Positions 7,970 to 17,537 of a stretch of 23,317 bases of DNA are shown here, in pieces. The notes under the pieces are model-generated. The model saw only the letters and a program-made list of their open reading frames with translations, was not told the DNA's origin and did not search any database. Position numbers and translations under genes: made by a program. Source of the stretch: Promethearchaeota archaeon (GTDB lineage Archaea; Asgardarchaeota; Lokiarchaeia; Sigyniarchaeales; SOKP01); the NCBI GenBank assembly GCA_048938025.1, contig JBHLMP010000054.1, positions 1 through 23,317 of the forward strand, in the 5' to 3' direction. How positions within the stretch are numbered: the stretch's first letter is position 1; every line of letters starts with the position of its first letter.

Positions 7970-8875
7970 TTACTTATCTTTTTTGAAATCGCTAAGATGT
8001 TTGAATCTTCCCCCTAATATATTTACCATATCTGAAGGAACAATAATCCATGCTCCTTTTTCTTTCATGGATTCGTAAAGAATATTCATTGCTCTTAAAT
8101 TTAATGCAACTTCATCACTTTCATAAATATGAGCTGCATTAATAAATTTGTTCGCAATTTGTTCCTCAGAACCTGCTAGTATAATCCTTGCTTGGCGTTC
8201 TCTTTCTGCTTGTGCTTGTCTACTCATTGCATCTTGTAATGCCGTTGGAATTATGACATCCCGAATTTCCACTGATATAGATTTAACACCCCATTCTTCA
8301 GTACGCTCGTCAATTATTCTTTCAAGATCATGCGATATTTCTTCTCTTCCCGCAAGCATCTGACTCAATTCTGTCTTTCCAATTATATCTCTTAATGAAG
8401 TTTGAGCAGCCCATGAAATTGCGGTTTTATAATCTTGGACACGGAGCGAAGCCTTATATGAATCTACAACTTTCCAAAACAATACAGCATCGACATTAAC
8501 AGGTACATTATCTTTTGTCAAAGTTTGTTCAGCTGAAAATGTTGTTGTAATTATTCGCATATCGAGTGAAAATGGAATTCGATAAAGAAAAGGAAAAAGC
8601 CACAAGACACCTGGGCCTCGCATTTTTCTAAACTTTCCTAGTAATAATGTAGGTACTTTAATCCATTCCGGAATAATGTATAATCCCATACAAATGAATC
8701 CTATAAAAGTCATTATGGTAATTCCAATAAATAATAGTGGATTAATCGGAATTCCAAAGAGATTCAATGCAATTATAAAGCCAATTAATATTATAATCCC
8801 CAAAATGAAGAGGATATAACCTAAGCTCCGTATTACGACTCCGCCAATTAAATTTGATTTATAATATGATGACAT
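7970..8875 (-). CDS. SPFH/band-7 stomatin-like (slipin) membrane protein
   Basis: LDMRI, EQTLTKDNVPVNVDAVLFWKVVD, AAQTSLRDIIG, WGV----VEIRDV, AMSRQAQAERERQARII. ATG 8875 preferred over TTG 8899. Confidence 0.95.
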   Translation of the reverse strand: MSSYYKSNLIGGVVIRSLGYILFILGIIILIGFIIALNLFGIPINPLLFIGITIMTFIGFICMGLYIIPEWIKVPTLLLGKFRKMRGPGVLWLFPFLYRIPFSLDMRIITTTFSAEQTLTKDNVPVNVDAVLFWKVVDSYKASLRVQDYKTAISWAAQTSLRDIIGKTELSQMLAGREEISHDLERIIDERTEEWGVKSISVEIRDVIIPTALQDAMSRQAQAERERQARIILAGSEEQIANKFINAAHIYESDEVALNLRAMNILYESMKEKGAWIIVPSDMVNILGGRFKHLSDFKKDK

Positions 8876-9098
8876 TTTTATCAATTCATATGAAAGCAAT
8901 TGTATATAAATAAATTTTGACTAAGAATTATAAATCGAATGTGGATATCACCTAAGAAAATGGATTATTAATTCATTTGGAACTGACACTTAACTAATAA
9001 ATACATTATTAAAAGGTCCTAAATTACTTAGAAATAGTAAGTACCTTTTCAATATCCATTACTATGATTAGGCATTAAATTGTTCATTCTATCAATAT

Positions 9099-9704
9099 CT
9101 AGGAAAATTTGGATTTTAAATTTGCTATGTCGTTTTGGATTATTTTAACTTCCATTTCTTTCTCGATCAATTCTTTCAAATGATGATCTAAATCTTTTTG
9201 TTTTTGTTTATATTGTGTTTTTATTATCATAGCTTTTTCAGGTGAATTTTTTTGAACTACTTTTACATATTTTAGTTGTAGTTTTCCTAATTTAATTCGA
9301 ATGTTTGCGGCATATATTTTAGAATTCACTAATCTTAACTTACTTTTAGCTAACTTTTCTTCAAGCGTTGCTATTTCTTTATGATGTTTTGCTAACTCCA
9401 ACTGATTTTCAGCAACTTTCTCATGATAATTAATAAAAGCCTTTTCGTTTGTTATTACTTCCTCTGGAAATTTTAATAATTCCTTAGATTTTATCTTGTT
9501 TTCTAATAATTTATCATTACTTTCAACTAAATTCTTTCTTATTAATGCTAATTTTATCTCTTTTTCAACAAACATCTCTCTCGTTTTTGCTTTTTTTAAG
9601 AGACTTTTAGCTAACTTTTTTAATTGTAACGCAACTAATTTTTCTTTTTTAGCGATAATTAAATTCTCTTGTGCTTTTAAATTAAGATTAAAAATTTTTT
9701 CCAT
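9099..9704 (-). CDS. Basic coiled-coil hypothetical protein
   Basis: 201 aa, K/E/L-rich heptad pattern. AGGTGA SD 7 nt before the ATG. Confidence 0.8.
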   Translation of the reverse strand: MEKIFNLNLKAQENLIIAKKEKLVALQLKKLAKSLLKKAKTREMFVEKEIKLALIRKNLVESNDKLLENKIKSKELLKFPEEVITNEKAFINYHEKVAENQLELAKHHKEIATLEEKLAKSKLRLVNSKIYAANIRIKLGKLQLKYVKVVQKNSPEKAMIIKTQYKQKQKDLDHHLKELIEKEMEVKIIQNDIANLKSKFS

Positions 9705-9851
9705 ATGAATTTCACCTTAGTTTTTTTATAATTTACCATAGAAATATTCAACATAATTTTAAATTCTAATCAGATTATTTTATTTTTAAAACTATGGATA
9801 AGCTTTTATAAGAAAAGAAATACAGATTTTTAATTTAGATTTTTTATGGAT

Positions 9852-11216
9852 TTAATTGAACATCTCCATAAACGCACCTAAACGAGTTTTAACTTGCTCT
9901 ATATTCTCTCCAATCTTGTTAAAATTAAGAGCTATACTTGGGATTTCAAGTTCTCTACGAATTTTTTCTCTAAGCATTGCATAACAATTTGAAATTGAAT
10001 GACAACCAAATATTTGTATAAAAACAAGACCATCAGCATTTAATTGCCTAGCTAATCTTATATAGGATTCTGTGAGAGTATCATTATCGCACCCAATTCC
10101 ATTCATAGTTGCATCCAATAAAAATTGTGCATAAGCCTTAACAGGATCTGAAAATTTTGCAATAGGTATTTCTTCTAAAAGTAATAACATATCCCAATCA
10201 GCATATAATGCACGACCCCCTAACTCAAAGATTAATTCATGGGTTTTTGGTTCCCAACCACCAAACATAGGTGTAACTAGAATTCGTGGCATTTTACTAA
10301 CATCCATTCCAATTTTATTCCTAATTCTCTCTTTCATTTCATTAACCAATGATGCCATATTATCTCTATATCGAATAGCATTAGAATTATAGTCTTGAAA
10401 ACTATTGTTCAAAATGACTAATATTTCACTAAATGTGGCAGGATTACAAGGATAGAACCCAGAAGTGCTTATTTCATATAGGATTTTTTTATAATATTTC
10501 CTTATATCATTGGCTACTTGAAAATGATTTCGCAAAATATATTTGTCATAATTATCTCCACTTATTTTTTCTAATTCTTTAATACCATCATAAATATTTT
10601 CTGTTAATAATTCTAAAGCATTACCTATATTTCTTGGAGGAATATCAATCCAAATCTGTTTAGCAGGATTTTTAATTGTTTTCAAAGATTCTAAGTATTT
10701 ATTCCATGCACTACATCGAATAGTATAATTCAAAGTTGCTTCAACATTTTTACCCTTGCTTACATGCATACCATAAAGAGATTTTATTCCATAACAAAAA
10801 TCATTAGGGATACCACTTTCTATTCCAAGATCATACATTTCATTGTATTTATCATTTACAGTATCAATCACATCATTAATTATTTCATCTATAATTCGAC
10901 TTATATCTCTAACACCAAGATTTTTTATAAAACCTAAAAACTTAGAAACATTTTTCCAACCAAAAATATTTGAAGCAGAACCTAAGTAGGTTAGATATTT
11001 ATGTATTTTAAAAATCTGCATTCTGATTGGAAAAGCAGGAACTAGATTAGGAAATCCATATACTAAATCAGAAAACGGCAGAGCAACTGATATTAATTTT
11101 TTCTTTTCTCGGAATTTCTTTCTCTTTAAATAATCTCTACCTGCTAATAGATTATAAGCAATTCTTAAAATAGATGAAAACTGAATGATATCTTCAGCCA
11201 TTAAACTCATTTTCAT
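9852..11216 (-). CDS. 2-hydroxyacyl-CoA dehydratase / benzoyl-CoA reductase family Fe-S subunit
   Basis: Cys motifs DFCYG, RCSAW, GCHS and C-terminal EQVKTRLGAFMEM. ATGA overlap with the upstream subunit. Confidence 0.85.
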   Translation of the reverse strand: MKMSLMAEDIIQFSSILRIAYNLLAGRDYLKRKKFREKKKLISVALPFSDLVYGFPNLVPAFPIRMQIFKIHKYLTYLGSASNIFGWKNVSKFLGFIKNLGVRDISRIIDEIINDVIDTVNDKYNEMYDLGIESGIPNDFCYGIKSLYGMHVSKGKNVEATLNYTIRCSAWNKYLESLKTIKNPAKQIWIDIPPRNIGNALELLTENIYDGIKELEKISGDNYDKYILRNHFQVANDIRKYYKKILYEISTSGFYPCNPATFSEILVILNNSFQDYNSNAIRYRDNMASLVNEMKERIRNKIGMDVSKMPRILVTPMFGGWEPKTHELIFELGGRALYADWDMLLLLEEIPIAKFSDPVKAYAQFLLDATMNGIGCDNDTLTESYIRLARQLNADGLVFIQIFGCHSISNCYAMLREKIRRELEIPSIALNFNKIGENIEQVKTRLGAFMEMFN

Positions 11217-12349
11217 ATCATCTCCATGAACGCTTCTATTCGAGTTGATAGTTGACCTCGATTAGCTCTTGCGTAATCTCTTTCTAAATTTAAAACACGA
11301 ATCCCTTTTTCTTGTAATTGATTTTTAAAATGAGCAGACATAATTGAAATGTGATCACAAAATTTAATAATATGATTTATAACTCCTAATTTCTTACCTG
11401 TTTTCTGCTTATAATCTTGATAGACTTTTTCAATTTGAGAAATTTTATTTTCTAAATAATTAGGGACTGAATGATCTCCATAAATATTATTTTTAAATCT
11501 ATGAACTAATAAATCTAAAGGCTCTTCATCTGATTTTAAGTTTTTATCATCAAATATTTGGGCTAAGTAGCTGTTTCCAATCCAAGTATCGAAAAAAACA
11601 ATATTTCCTCCACTTTCTTCTATTAGATCAATTAAATAATCATTTATAAAGATTGAACACCCTGTAATTATCAGATCTTTTGATTTTTTAGATTCTTGAG
11701 GTGAATTATCTCTAAATCTCTTAAGTAAATCTTCTAATTCAGAGAGAAATTCGGGACCAATTAGTATTGCTTTTTGAAATATTCTTAATTTTTGTGAACC
11801 TTTTATATTTAAATTATTAATTTCAAGAAGTTTTTTCTTAAAATCGTTATATTTTAATATACTCTCTCTCAAATTTTCACTTAGTATTTCACTTCCCTTG
11901 ATCTTTTCAAGTTGTTGTTTCAAATCCATTAATTCTAATTTAAAATATCTTAAACTATTATCATTCTTAGTATATGAAATATAGAATTTTAATTGGGGGA
12001 TATTAAAGTATTTTGAAATTATTTCAGATGCACATATATCAGATACACAATGATTCGATATAATAAAGTAGTCAAGTAAATCTAGAAAATTAAATTCGCT
12101 TGGTTTTAATGCAAACAATCCAATTGAAGATTGGGCAAATGCACAAGTCGAAGGCGGCAGATAATCATGACTAGCATTCATCAGGTCATCATTCCCTGCA
12201 AAAATCATTCTCATGGGAATAAATCCACCAGCATCTAATAATTCTTCAGGTATATTATCATGTGCGATGAATCCGATAATTTTTTTTCCTTCATGTTTCT
12301 TTTCTTTGAGAAATAAAGAATATTTTGTTAATAGTTCTAAATCATCCAT
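11213..12349 (-). CDS. 2-hydroxyacyl-CoA dehydratase family Fe-S subunit (HgdB/BcrC-like)
   Basis: GKKIIG...IPEELLDAGG-IP, TCAF, IKFCD, GQLSTRIEAFMEMI. Confidence 0.88.
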   Translation of the reverse strand: MDDLELLTKYSLFLKEKKHEGKKIIGFIAHDNIPEELLDAGGFIPMRMIFAGNDDLMNASHDYLPPSTCAFAQSSIGLFALKPSEFNFLDLLDYFIISNHCVSDICASEIISKYFNIPQLKFYISYTKNDNSLRYFKLELMDLKQQLEKIKGSEILSENLRESILKYNDFKKKLLEINNLNIKGSQKLRIFQKAILIGPEFLSELEDLLKRFRDNSPQESKKSKDLIITGCSIFINDYLIDLIEESGGNIVFFDTWIGNSYLAQIFDDKNLKSDEEPLDLLVHRFKNNIYGDHSVPNYLENKISQIEKVYQDYKQKTGKKLGVINHIIKFCDHISIMSAHFKNQLQEKGIRVLNLERDYARANRGQLSTRIEAFMEMI

Positions 12350-12460
12350 TTTATATTCTAAAAATTAGTGAATTATTTATCAAAAAAGAGGTAATTCTTC
12401 AAAAAAGTTACTGATTAAAAAAATAATGAGTATTATAATAATTTTAAAATTAAATGATGT

Positions 12461-13240
12461 TTAATTACTTTGATTTTCTTGGGCTATTAAGGCCGCTCCA
12501 ATGGCACCTGTTAATTGAGGGTATTGGGGATTAACTATCTCGAACCCTAGTTCTTCTTCTAAATATTTTTTAACCGCTGGATTTTTAGCAACTCCACCAC
12601 AAAAAACTAGTTTAGGTCCAACTCCAATACGTTTTGCCATGCCTGCGACTCTCTTTGCGATGGATTTATGAATTCCACTTGCTATGTCATGTTTAGAGGC
12701 TCCTCTTGCAAAAAGACTGATAACTTCACTCTCAGCAAAAACAGTACATGTAGAACTAATAGCGGCAGGCTTGGTTGAATTCAAGGCTAAGTCCCCAAAT
12801 TCATCAATAGGGACTTCTAATGCATGGGCCATTACTTCAAGAAACCGTCCAGTTCCTGCTGCACATTTATCATTCATTTGAAAATCAATTACATTTCCAG
12901 TTTTCTGAGACATAACAATAGCCTTACTATCTTGGCCACCTATATCTATAACCGAGTGAGCATCTGGGAAGAAAAATTGCCCTCCGCGAGCATGAGCAGT
13001 AATTTCAGTGATTCGGTCATCCGCAATATCTATGGTATTTCTCCCATACCCCGTTGACATGACAAAAACATCATCTTTCTTTAAGTTATTCTTTTCTAAA
13101 AGCTCCTTAAATAGATTATGACCTATTCTTTTGAAATCAAATGTAGATCGTTCTGTTCGATGATCGATTAGATTGCTATTATTCAATAAGACTATTTTTG
13201 TCGCCAATGACCCAATATCTATCCCAACAAATGCTTTCAA
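12461..13240 (-). CDS. ATP-dependent [4Fe-4S] activator (archerase, HgdC/HadI-like)
   Basis: GIDIGS--TK, TGYGR, EITAHARG, IDIGGQDSK, MNDKCAAGTGRFLE, ISSTCTVFAESE, GGVAKN. Confidence 0.96.
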   Translation of the reverse strand: MKAFVGIDIGSLATKIVLLNNSNLIDHRTERSTFDFKRIGHNLFKELLEKNNLKKDDVFVMSTGYGRNTIDIADDRITEITAHARGGQFFFPDAHSVIDIGGQDSKAIVMSQKTGNVIDFQMNDKCAAGTGRFLEVMAHALEVPIDEFGDLALNSTKPAAISSTCTVFAESEVISLFARGASKHDIASGIHKSIAKRVAGMAKRIGVGPKLVFCGGVAKNPAVKKYLEEELGFEIVNPQYPQLTGAIGAALIAQENQSN

Positions 13241-13317
13241 ATTTGATCTATTCCTTTGTTTTTGTTACATAGAATAATGAAATCCAGAAAATAAAATTTT
13301 TGATGATAGAATAAAAC

Positions 13318-13983
13318 TTATCCTGCAATTTGACCTAGTAATATAGATACAATAAGAGTCACGACGCCAGCGGTAACTAAGTGTATCGAATATCTCAATC
13401 GTCCTCCTCCTGAAATTGTTCCTAGAAAAACTCCTAGATATACTAGCAAGCCTATTAATATAAAATATGAAAACAAAAAATGTAAAAAGGTTAATGAACT
13501 ACCAAAGAAAAATGGAATTAAGGGAAGAGAAGATCCTAAAACAGGAGCACCGCCATCTACTAAAGAAGCAACAATTGTAGCAAAATTTTCTGCTTTTTCA
13601 AGTAAGGTTTTCTTCTTATTCTTTTTAACTTTTACATTATTCTCAGAATGCTCCATTATTTCCTCCGCTTCATCATCTTTCATTGCCATATTTTTTTTCA
13701 TATCCTGTACTTTTTTTTTGCGTTCAGCCTCTTCAGAAAGAAAAGCACCCCATAAACCACTTATACCAATAGCGAGAGCTGTGGCAAATCCAGTAACTAG
13801 TACATTACTAGGAACGAATACATCTGAACCTGAGAGATAAATTATAAATATACCACTTACAATGCCTGCACAAGTTAATGCTCCGTCAAAACAGTTGTTA
13901 AAAAATTTCCTGCGTGCAATTTCTCCCAAATCAGACATTTCAGAATACTTACGCCAATCTTTTAAGGTGGTTTTAAATCCCAT
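13318..13983 (-). CDS. VIT1/CCC1-family (TIGR00267-like) membrane protein, paralogue 2
   Basis: IARRKFFNNCFDGALT, GISGLWGAFLSEEAE, PLIPFFF, five predicted TMs. Confidence 0.8.
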   Translation of the reverse strand: MGFKTTLKDWRKYSEMSDLGEIARRKFFNNCFDGALTCAGIVSGIFIIYLSGSDVFVPSNVLVTGFATALAIGISGLWGAFLSEEAERKKKVQDMKKNMAMKDDEAEEIMEHSENNVKVKKNKKKTLLEKAENFATIVASLVDGGAPVLGSSLPLIPFFFGSSLTFLHFLFSYFILIGLLVYLGVFLGTISGGGRLRYSIHLVTAGVVTLIVSILLGQIAG

Positions 13984-14100
13984 ATAATTAAATCTTCTCT
14001 TTTTATATTTAATATCTTAATCTCTAAAAATTTGGAGATAATTAAAATCTAAACTATTCATTAATTTAAAAGATTTTATATTTTTTTTATCTTAAATTAT

Positions 14101-14814
14101 CTAACCTAAAAAAATTATAACAACTATCATTGTTGCTATAAAGGCAAATAACATCTGCAGAATATTTTTTATAATTGACTCATGTGATACTCTTCCTAAA
14201 AATATTCCTAATAACACAATACATGCGAATATAATCAGAAATGAGAGAATGAATGTAAAAAAACTTGAATTATTTACAAAGAAAAAAGGAATTAAAGGAA
14301 TCATTCCTCCTAAAAGTGGTGCAAAACCATTTACAAATGCAACAAATTTTCCTGCAAAATTTTCTGATTTTTCATAAAGAGTTTTCTTCTTCCGTTTATT
14401 TTCAGTATGATTTTCATTTATATTTAGTTTTACTATGCTTAACATCGCCTTTTTCAAATCCTCTTCTTGCTCTATTATATCAGGCTGATCTTCTTTAATT
14501 TCTTCTTCAATAATTCCCATTGCTTTATCCAAATCAGCATGTCTTTTTTTTAATTCAGCTTTCTCAGAAAGATAAGAACCAGATACTCCAGAAATAAACA
14601 TCGAGATGGAGGTACCTATACCTGGTAGTACAATATATACAGAGGGAATAGTCGGTTGATGAGGATTTTTAAGAACTACTACAAAAAAACCTAAGAGGAT
14701 CCCTAAAACTGTCAGCGCACCGTCATAAAAATTATTAACAAAATATCTACGCGCAATTACAATAAAGTTTGTTATTTTGTTATAAATCTTTATTCTATCT
14801 CTAATTTTAGACAG
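14101..14814 (-). CDS. VIT1/CCC1-family (TIGR00267-like) membrane protein, paralogue 1; extends 71 codons upstream of the ORF-track start
   Basis: The frame stays open upstream of ATG 14601 and encodes IARRYFVNNFYDGALTVLG, which aligns with paralogue 2. It is bounded by TAA at 14826-14824. Proposed start CTG 14814 (or ATA 14817). Confidence 0.8.
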   Translation of the reverse strand: MSKIRDRIKIYNKITNFIVIARRYFVNNFYDGALTVLGILLGFFVVVLKNPHQPTIPSVYIVLPGIGTSISMFISGVSGSYLSEKAELKKRHADLDKAMGIIEEEIKEDQPDIIEQEEDLKKAMLSIVKLNINENHTENKRKKKTLYEKSENFAGKFVAFVNGFAPLLGGMIPLIPFFFVNNSSFFTFILSFLIIFACIVLLGIFLGRVSHESIIKNILQMLFAFIATMIVVIIFLG

Positions 14815-14986
14815 TATTTTTTTTTAACCTTTTGCGAAAAAGTTATTCAAATGATATATAACCTTTATAATAAACATTATTATATTTTCTATATAAATTT
14901 GATATAAATAAGAAATAAAAACTTATTTTTTTTAATGTATCTTTTATATATTATATCTAAAACAATTTTGATGAGATATATACATT

Positions 14987-15625
14987 ATGAATAAGATTAA
15001 GGAAGAAATCATAACAAGACTTATTGAGCATTCAAGAATAATTTACACTGTTATTAGTGATATGGCAGTTTTTTTTAACACATGGACAGAAGGTTACGAG
15101 GCTAATAAAAAAACATTAGAAAAAAAGAAGAACAAAATGCAATTATCCGAAGAAGATGGAGATTCAATTAAAATACAATTAATCAAACAGTTTTCAGAGG
15201 CAGAAGCTCAAGGCGTTGGAGCTTATATGACTTTACTCTTAAGAATGGACAATGTTATTAACTATCCTCTTGAATTTGTCGATATGCTCCCTAAAATTAA
15301 ACTCGAAGAGAAATTTGATAAAGAAATTCAAAAACGCTATAAAAAATTGATAAATAAAATAATTGAAATGGTAGATATTCTAAAAACTATAATAAAAAAC
15401 CTAAGAGATAAGCCCGAAGCTGTATTTGATGATACTACTAAGATTCATGAAATGGAAAATGAAGTTGATACGATATATAGACAATTTTTGGAATACTTAT
15501 ACTCTAATGAGGATCTAAATATCAGAATTCTCCTTAGAATTCGCGATAGTATCGTTCTACTTGAACAACTCGCTGATAGAGTTCACGATATTGGAGATCA
15601 AATTAGAGTTTTATTGTATCAGTAA
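14987..15625 (+). CDS. DUF47 / PhoU-like phosphate transport regulator family protein (paralogue B)
   Basis: Repeated acidic ExxxD motifs: SEEDGD, EMENEVD, LEQLADRVHDIGD. 212 aa, helical. Confidence 0.85.
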   Translation: MNKIKEEIITRLIEHSRIIYTVISDMAVFFNTWTEGYEANKKTLEKKKNKMQLSEEDGDSIKIQLIKQFSEAEAQGVGAYMTLLLRMDNVINYPLEFVDMLPKIKLEEKFDKEIQKRYKKLINKIIEMVDILKTIIKNLRDKPEAVFDDTTKIHEMENEVDTIYRQFLEYLYSNEDLNIRILLRIRDSIVLLEQLADRVHDIGDQIRVLLYQ

Positions 15626-15738
15626 AACCTTCTATTTTATGTATAATTGTTAACATAAACTAAGATATAATCTATTCTATCGATGAAAATTCAGATCTTA
15701 AAAAAACAACGTAAGAATTTATTATAATTGATAGATGA

Positions 15739-17223
15739 TTAATAAATAGTCTCTCCAGTAATTTTATCTACTTTTAAATGTCTGAACCTTGCTTCAGTTT
15801 GATAAATTTCTTTAAGATTTAAGATTTTATTGTATACTTGCTCTGGAAACAAGTATTTTGCGAGAGGAATAATCATTTGTTTTGTTTCTATACAATTGAA
15901 TAATTTTAAGCTTTCAAAGGAATAGAATATCTCACTCACTAAATCATAATTAATGTCTCTTGAAAAGCTAAGAAATTCCAAATTTCTGTAAATTATAGAA
16001 ATAATTTTTTCTAATATATTATAATCTTTCAATTTATCAAGAGTATTTCTCATATAATTACAAAACAAAACATAATAAGTTGCTTCAGAAGATACAAAAC
16101 CGTCCCTATATTGTTTTATTCCTTCAGAAGTGATCCGTAAGTCAATCTCCTCGATAATTGCTTTTTTTTCATAATCTAAGGTTCTCATTCCCAAATAACT
16201 ATAAAGTTTCAATATTACAACTAATTGAGAAGTTTCTAGGTTTCTTAAATAGCTACTTTCGAAAAATTTTTGATCGCCTTTAATAAGAGTATTAATTTGT
16301 TCATCGGTTAGTCTTAATTTCATTAATTCAGTCGATTTTAAAAAATAATAGGTGCCATCAGTTGCTTCTAAAAGTGGTACTTCATATTCATCTATGGCTT
16401 CTTCATATAAATTCAATAAAAATTGAACTACTTTTTTTTTATTAATCTCAACCTTGAGTTGTTTAGCTAAATAAATTCCACAAAAGTAAATATCGGGATT
16501 TTTTAAAGTAATTAATGGAATATCTATTAACCATTCATCAATATTGTTTTTAAGATATTCTTTAATATGAGAAAAATCTAATTGTTTTTTTAGATGAAAA
16601 AAATCAATTATTCTATAAAATAAATATAAAAGTTGAAGTTTATCGCGAGGATCTTTTAAATCCTCAAGTCTTTCAATTTCTTTTTTATTTTTTAGAAATT
16701 TTTTAACAACATTTTCTTGAATTTGAATATATTTCCTTAAATTTCCTTCTTTTTCTATTTGGTTTTCAAATAAATTTTTAAGGTTTTTCAATTCTATTAT
16801 AAGTTCGATTGGTAACAACCCTTTTGATTTAAAGTTTACCATTAAGCTTGCAACATCCATATCGACAAAATAAAAAACAAAAATTTCCAAAAAAATTTCA
16901 TAGATTATTGGTGCAATTTTCTTCTCATAAATGTTTATTGGTGAATTTAAAAACTCTAAATCTTCCTTTCTTATTTCAAGAAAAGGATCTAAAAATCTGT
17001 TTTTGATTACTTCTTTTTGAAATCCTAATTCTTCTAATTGTTTTATTAAGAATAAGGTAATATCTTCAAGAATTTGAGTTAAAGCTAATTTTTCATTTTT
17101 TAATGGAATATTTTTAAAATTCTCATTGATTTTTTCTTGAAAATAATTATCTATATTATTGTAAAAAATGTCAATATTGTCAAAATATAAATCTAGAATA
17201 TTAAATATACCCTGCAGAATCAT
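15739..17223 (-). CDS. Hypothetical protein, possible C-terminal alpha/alpha-toroid (prenyltransferase-like) repeats
   Basis: 494-aa ORF with recurring aromatic helix starts (PDIYFCGI, DGTYYFL, EATYYVL, SEIFYSF). The fold call is weak. Confidence 0.6.
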   Translation of the reverse strand: MILQGIFNILDLYFDNIDIFYNNIDNYFQEKINENFKNIPLKNEKLALTQILEDITLFLIKQLEELGFQKEVIKNRFLDPFLEIRKEDLEFLNSPINIYEKKIAPIIYEIFLEIFVFYFVDMDVASLMVNFKSKGLLPIELIIELKNLKNLFENQIEKEGNLRKYIQIQENVVKKFLKNKKEIERLEDLKDPRDKLQLLYLFYRIIDFFHLKKQLDFSHIKEYLKNNIDEWLIDIPLITLKNPDIYFCGIYLAKQLKVEINKKKVVQFLLNLYEEAIDEYEVPLLEATDGTYYFLKSTELMKLRLTDEQINTLIKGDQKFFESSYLRNLETSQLVVILKLYSYLGMRTLDYEKKAIIEEIDLRITSEGIKQYRDGFVSSEATYYVLFCNYMRNTLDKLKDYNILEKIISIIYRNLEFLSFSRDINYDLVSEIFYSFESLKLFNCIETKQMIIPLAKYLFPEQVYNKILNLKEIYQTEARFRHLKVDKITGETIY

Positions 17224-17537
17224 TTTAGAAAAGAATTAAATCTAATACAAATTATTTTCTTTTTGCATAAAGAAAAGAATCATGAAATTAATATTTTTTT
17301 TATTTATTGTTTAGACTATACTAAATCATTACTATTAAAATCTAATAAATTGAATTCTCTGGAAAAATTTTATTCTTAATGAAAATGTTCAGAGAATAAT
17401 TAAAAGAATTGAAGTATATTGTAAAATTATTTACTTGATTACAAAATAAAAATAAAGCATTTTCGAAATATTTTTACGCTTAAATTTTTTTTATTATATT
17501 AATAAAATAAAAAAAATAACAGTCTAAGGTTATAAAA

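Noticed and set aside
8148-9708. Plus-strand ORFs 8148-8363 and 9496-9708
   Set aside because: Antisense shadows of the SPFH and coiled-coil genes.
12350-12460. Short direct repeat TCAAAAAAG x2 and other poly-A/T tracts
   Set aside because: Expected in such AT-rich intergenic DNA; at most oligo-T terminators on the minus strand.
12684-14498. Plus-strand ORFs 12684-12881, 12824-13057, 14265-14498
   Set aside because: Antisense to well-supported activator and VIT1 genes.
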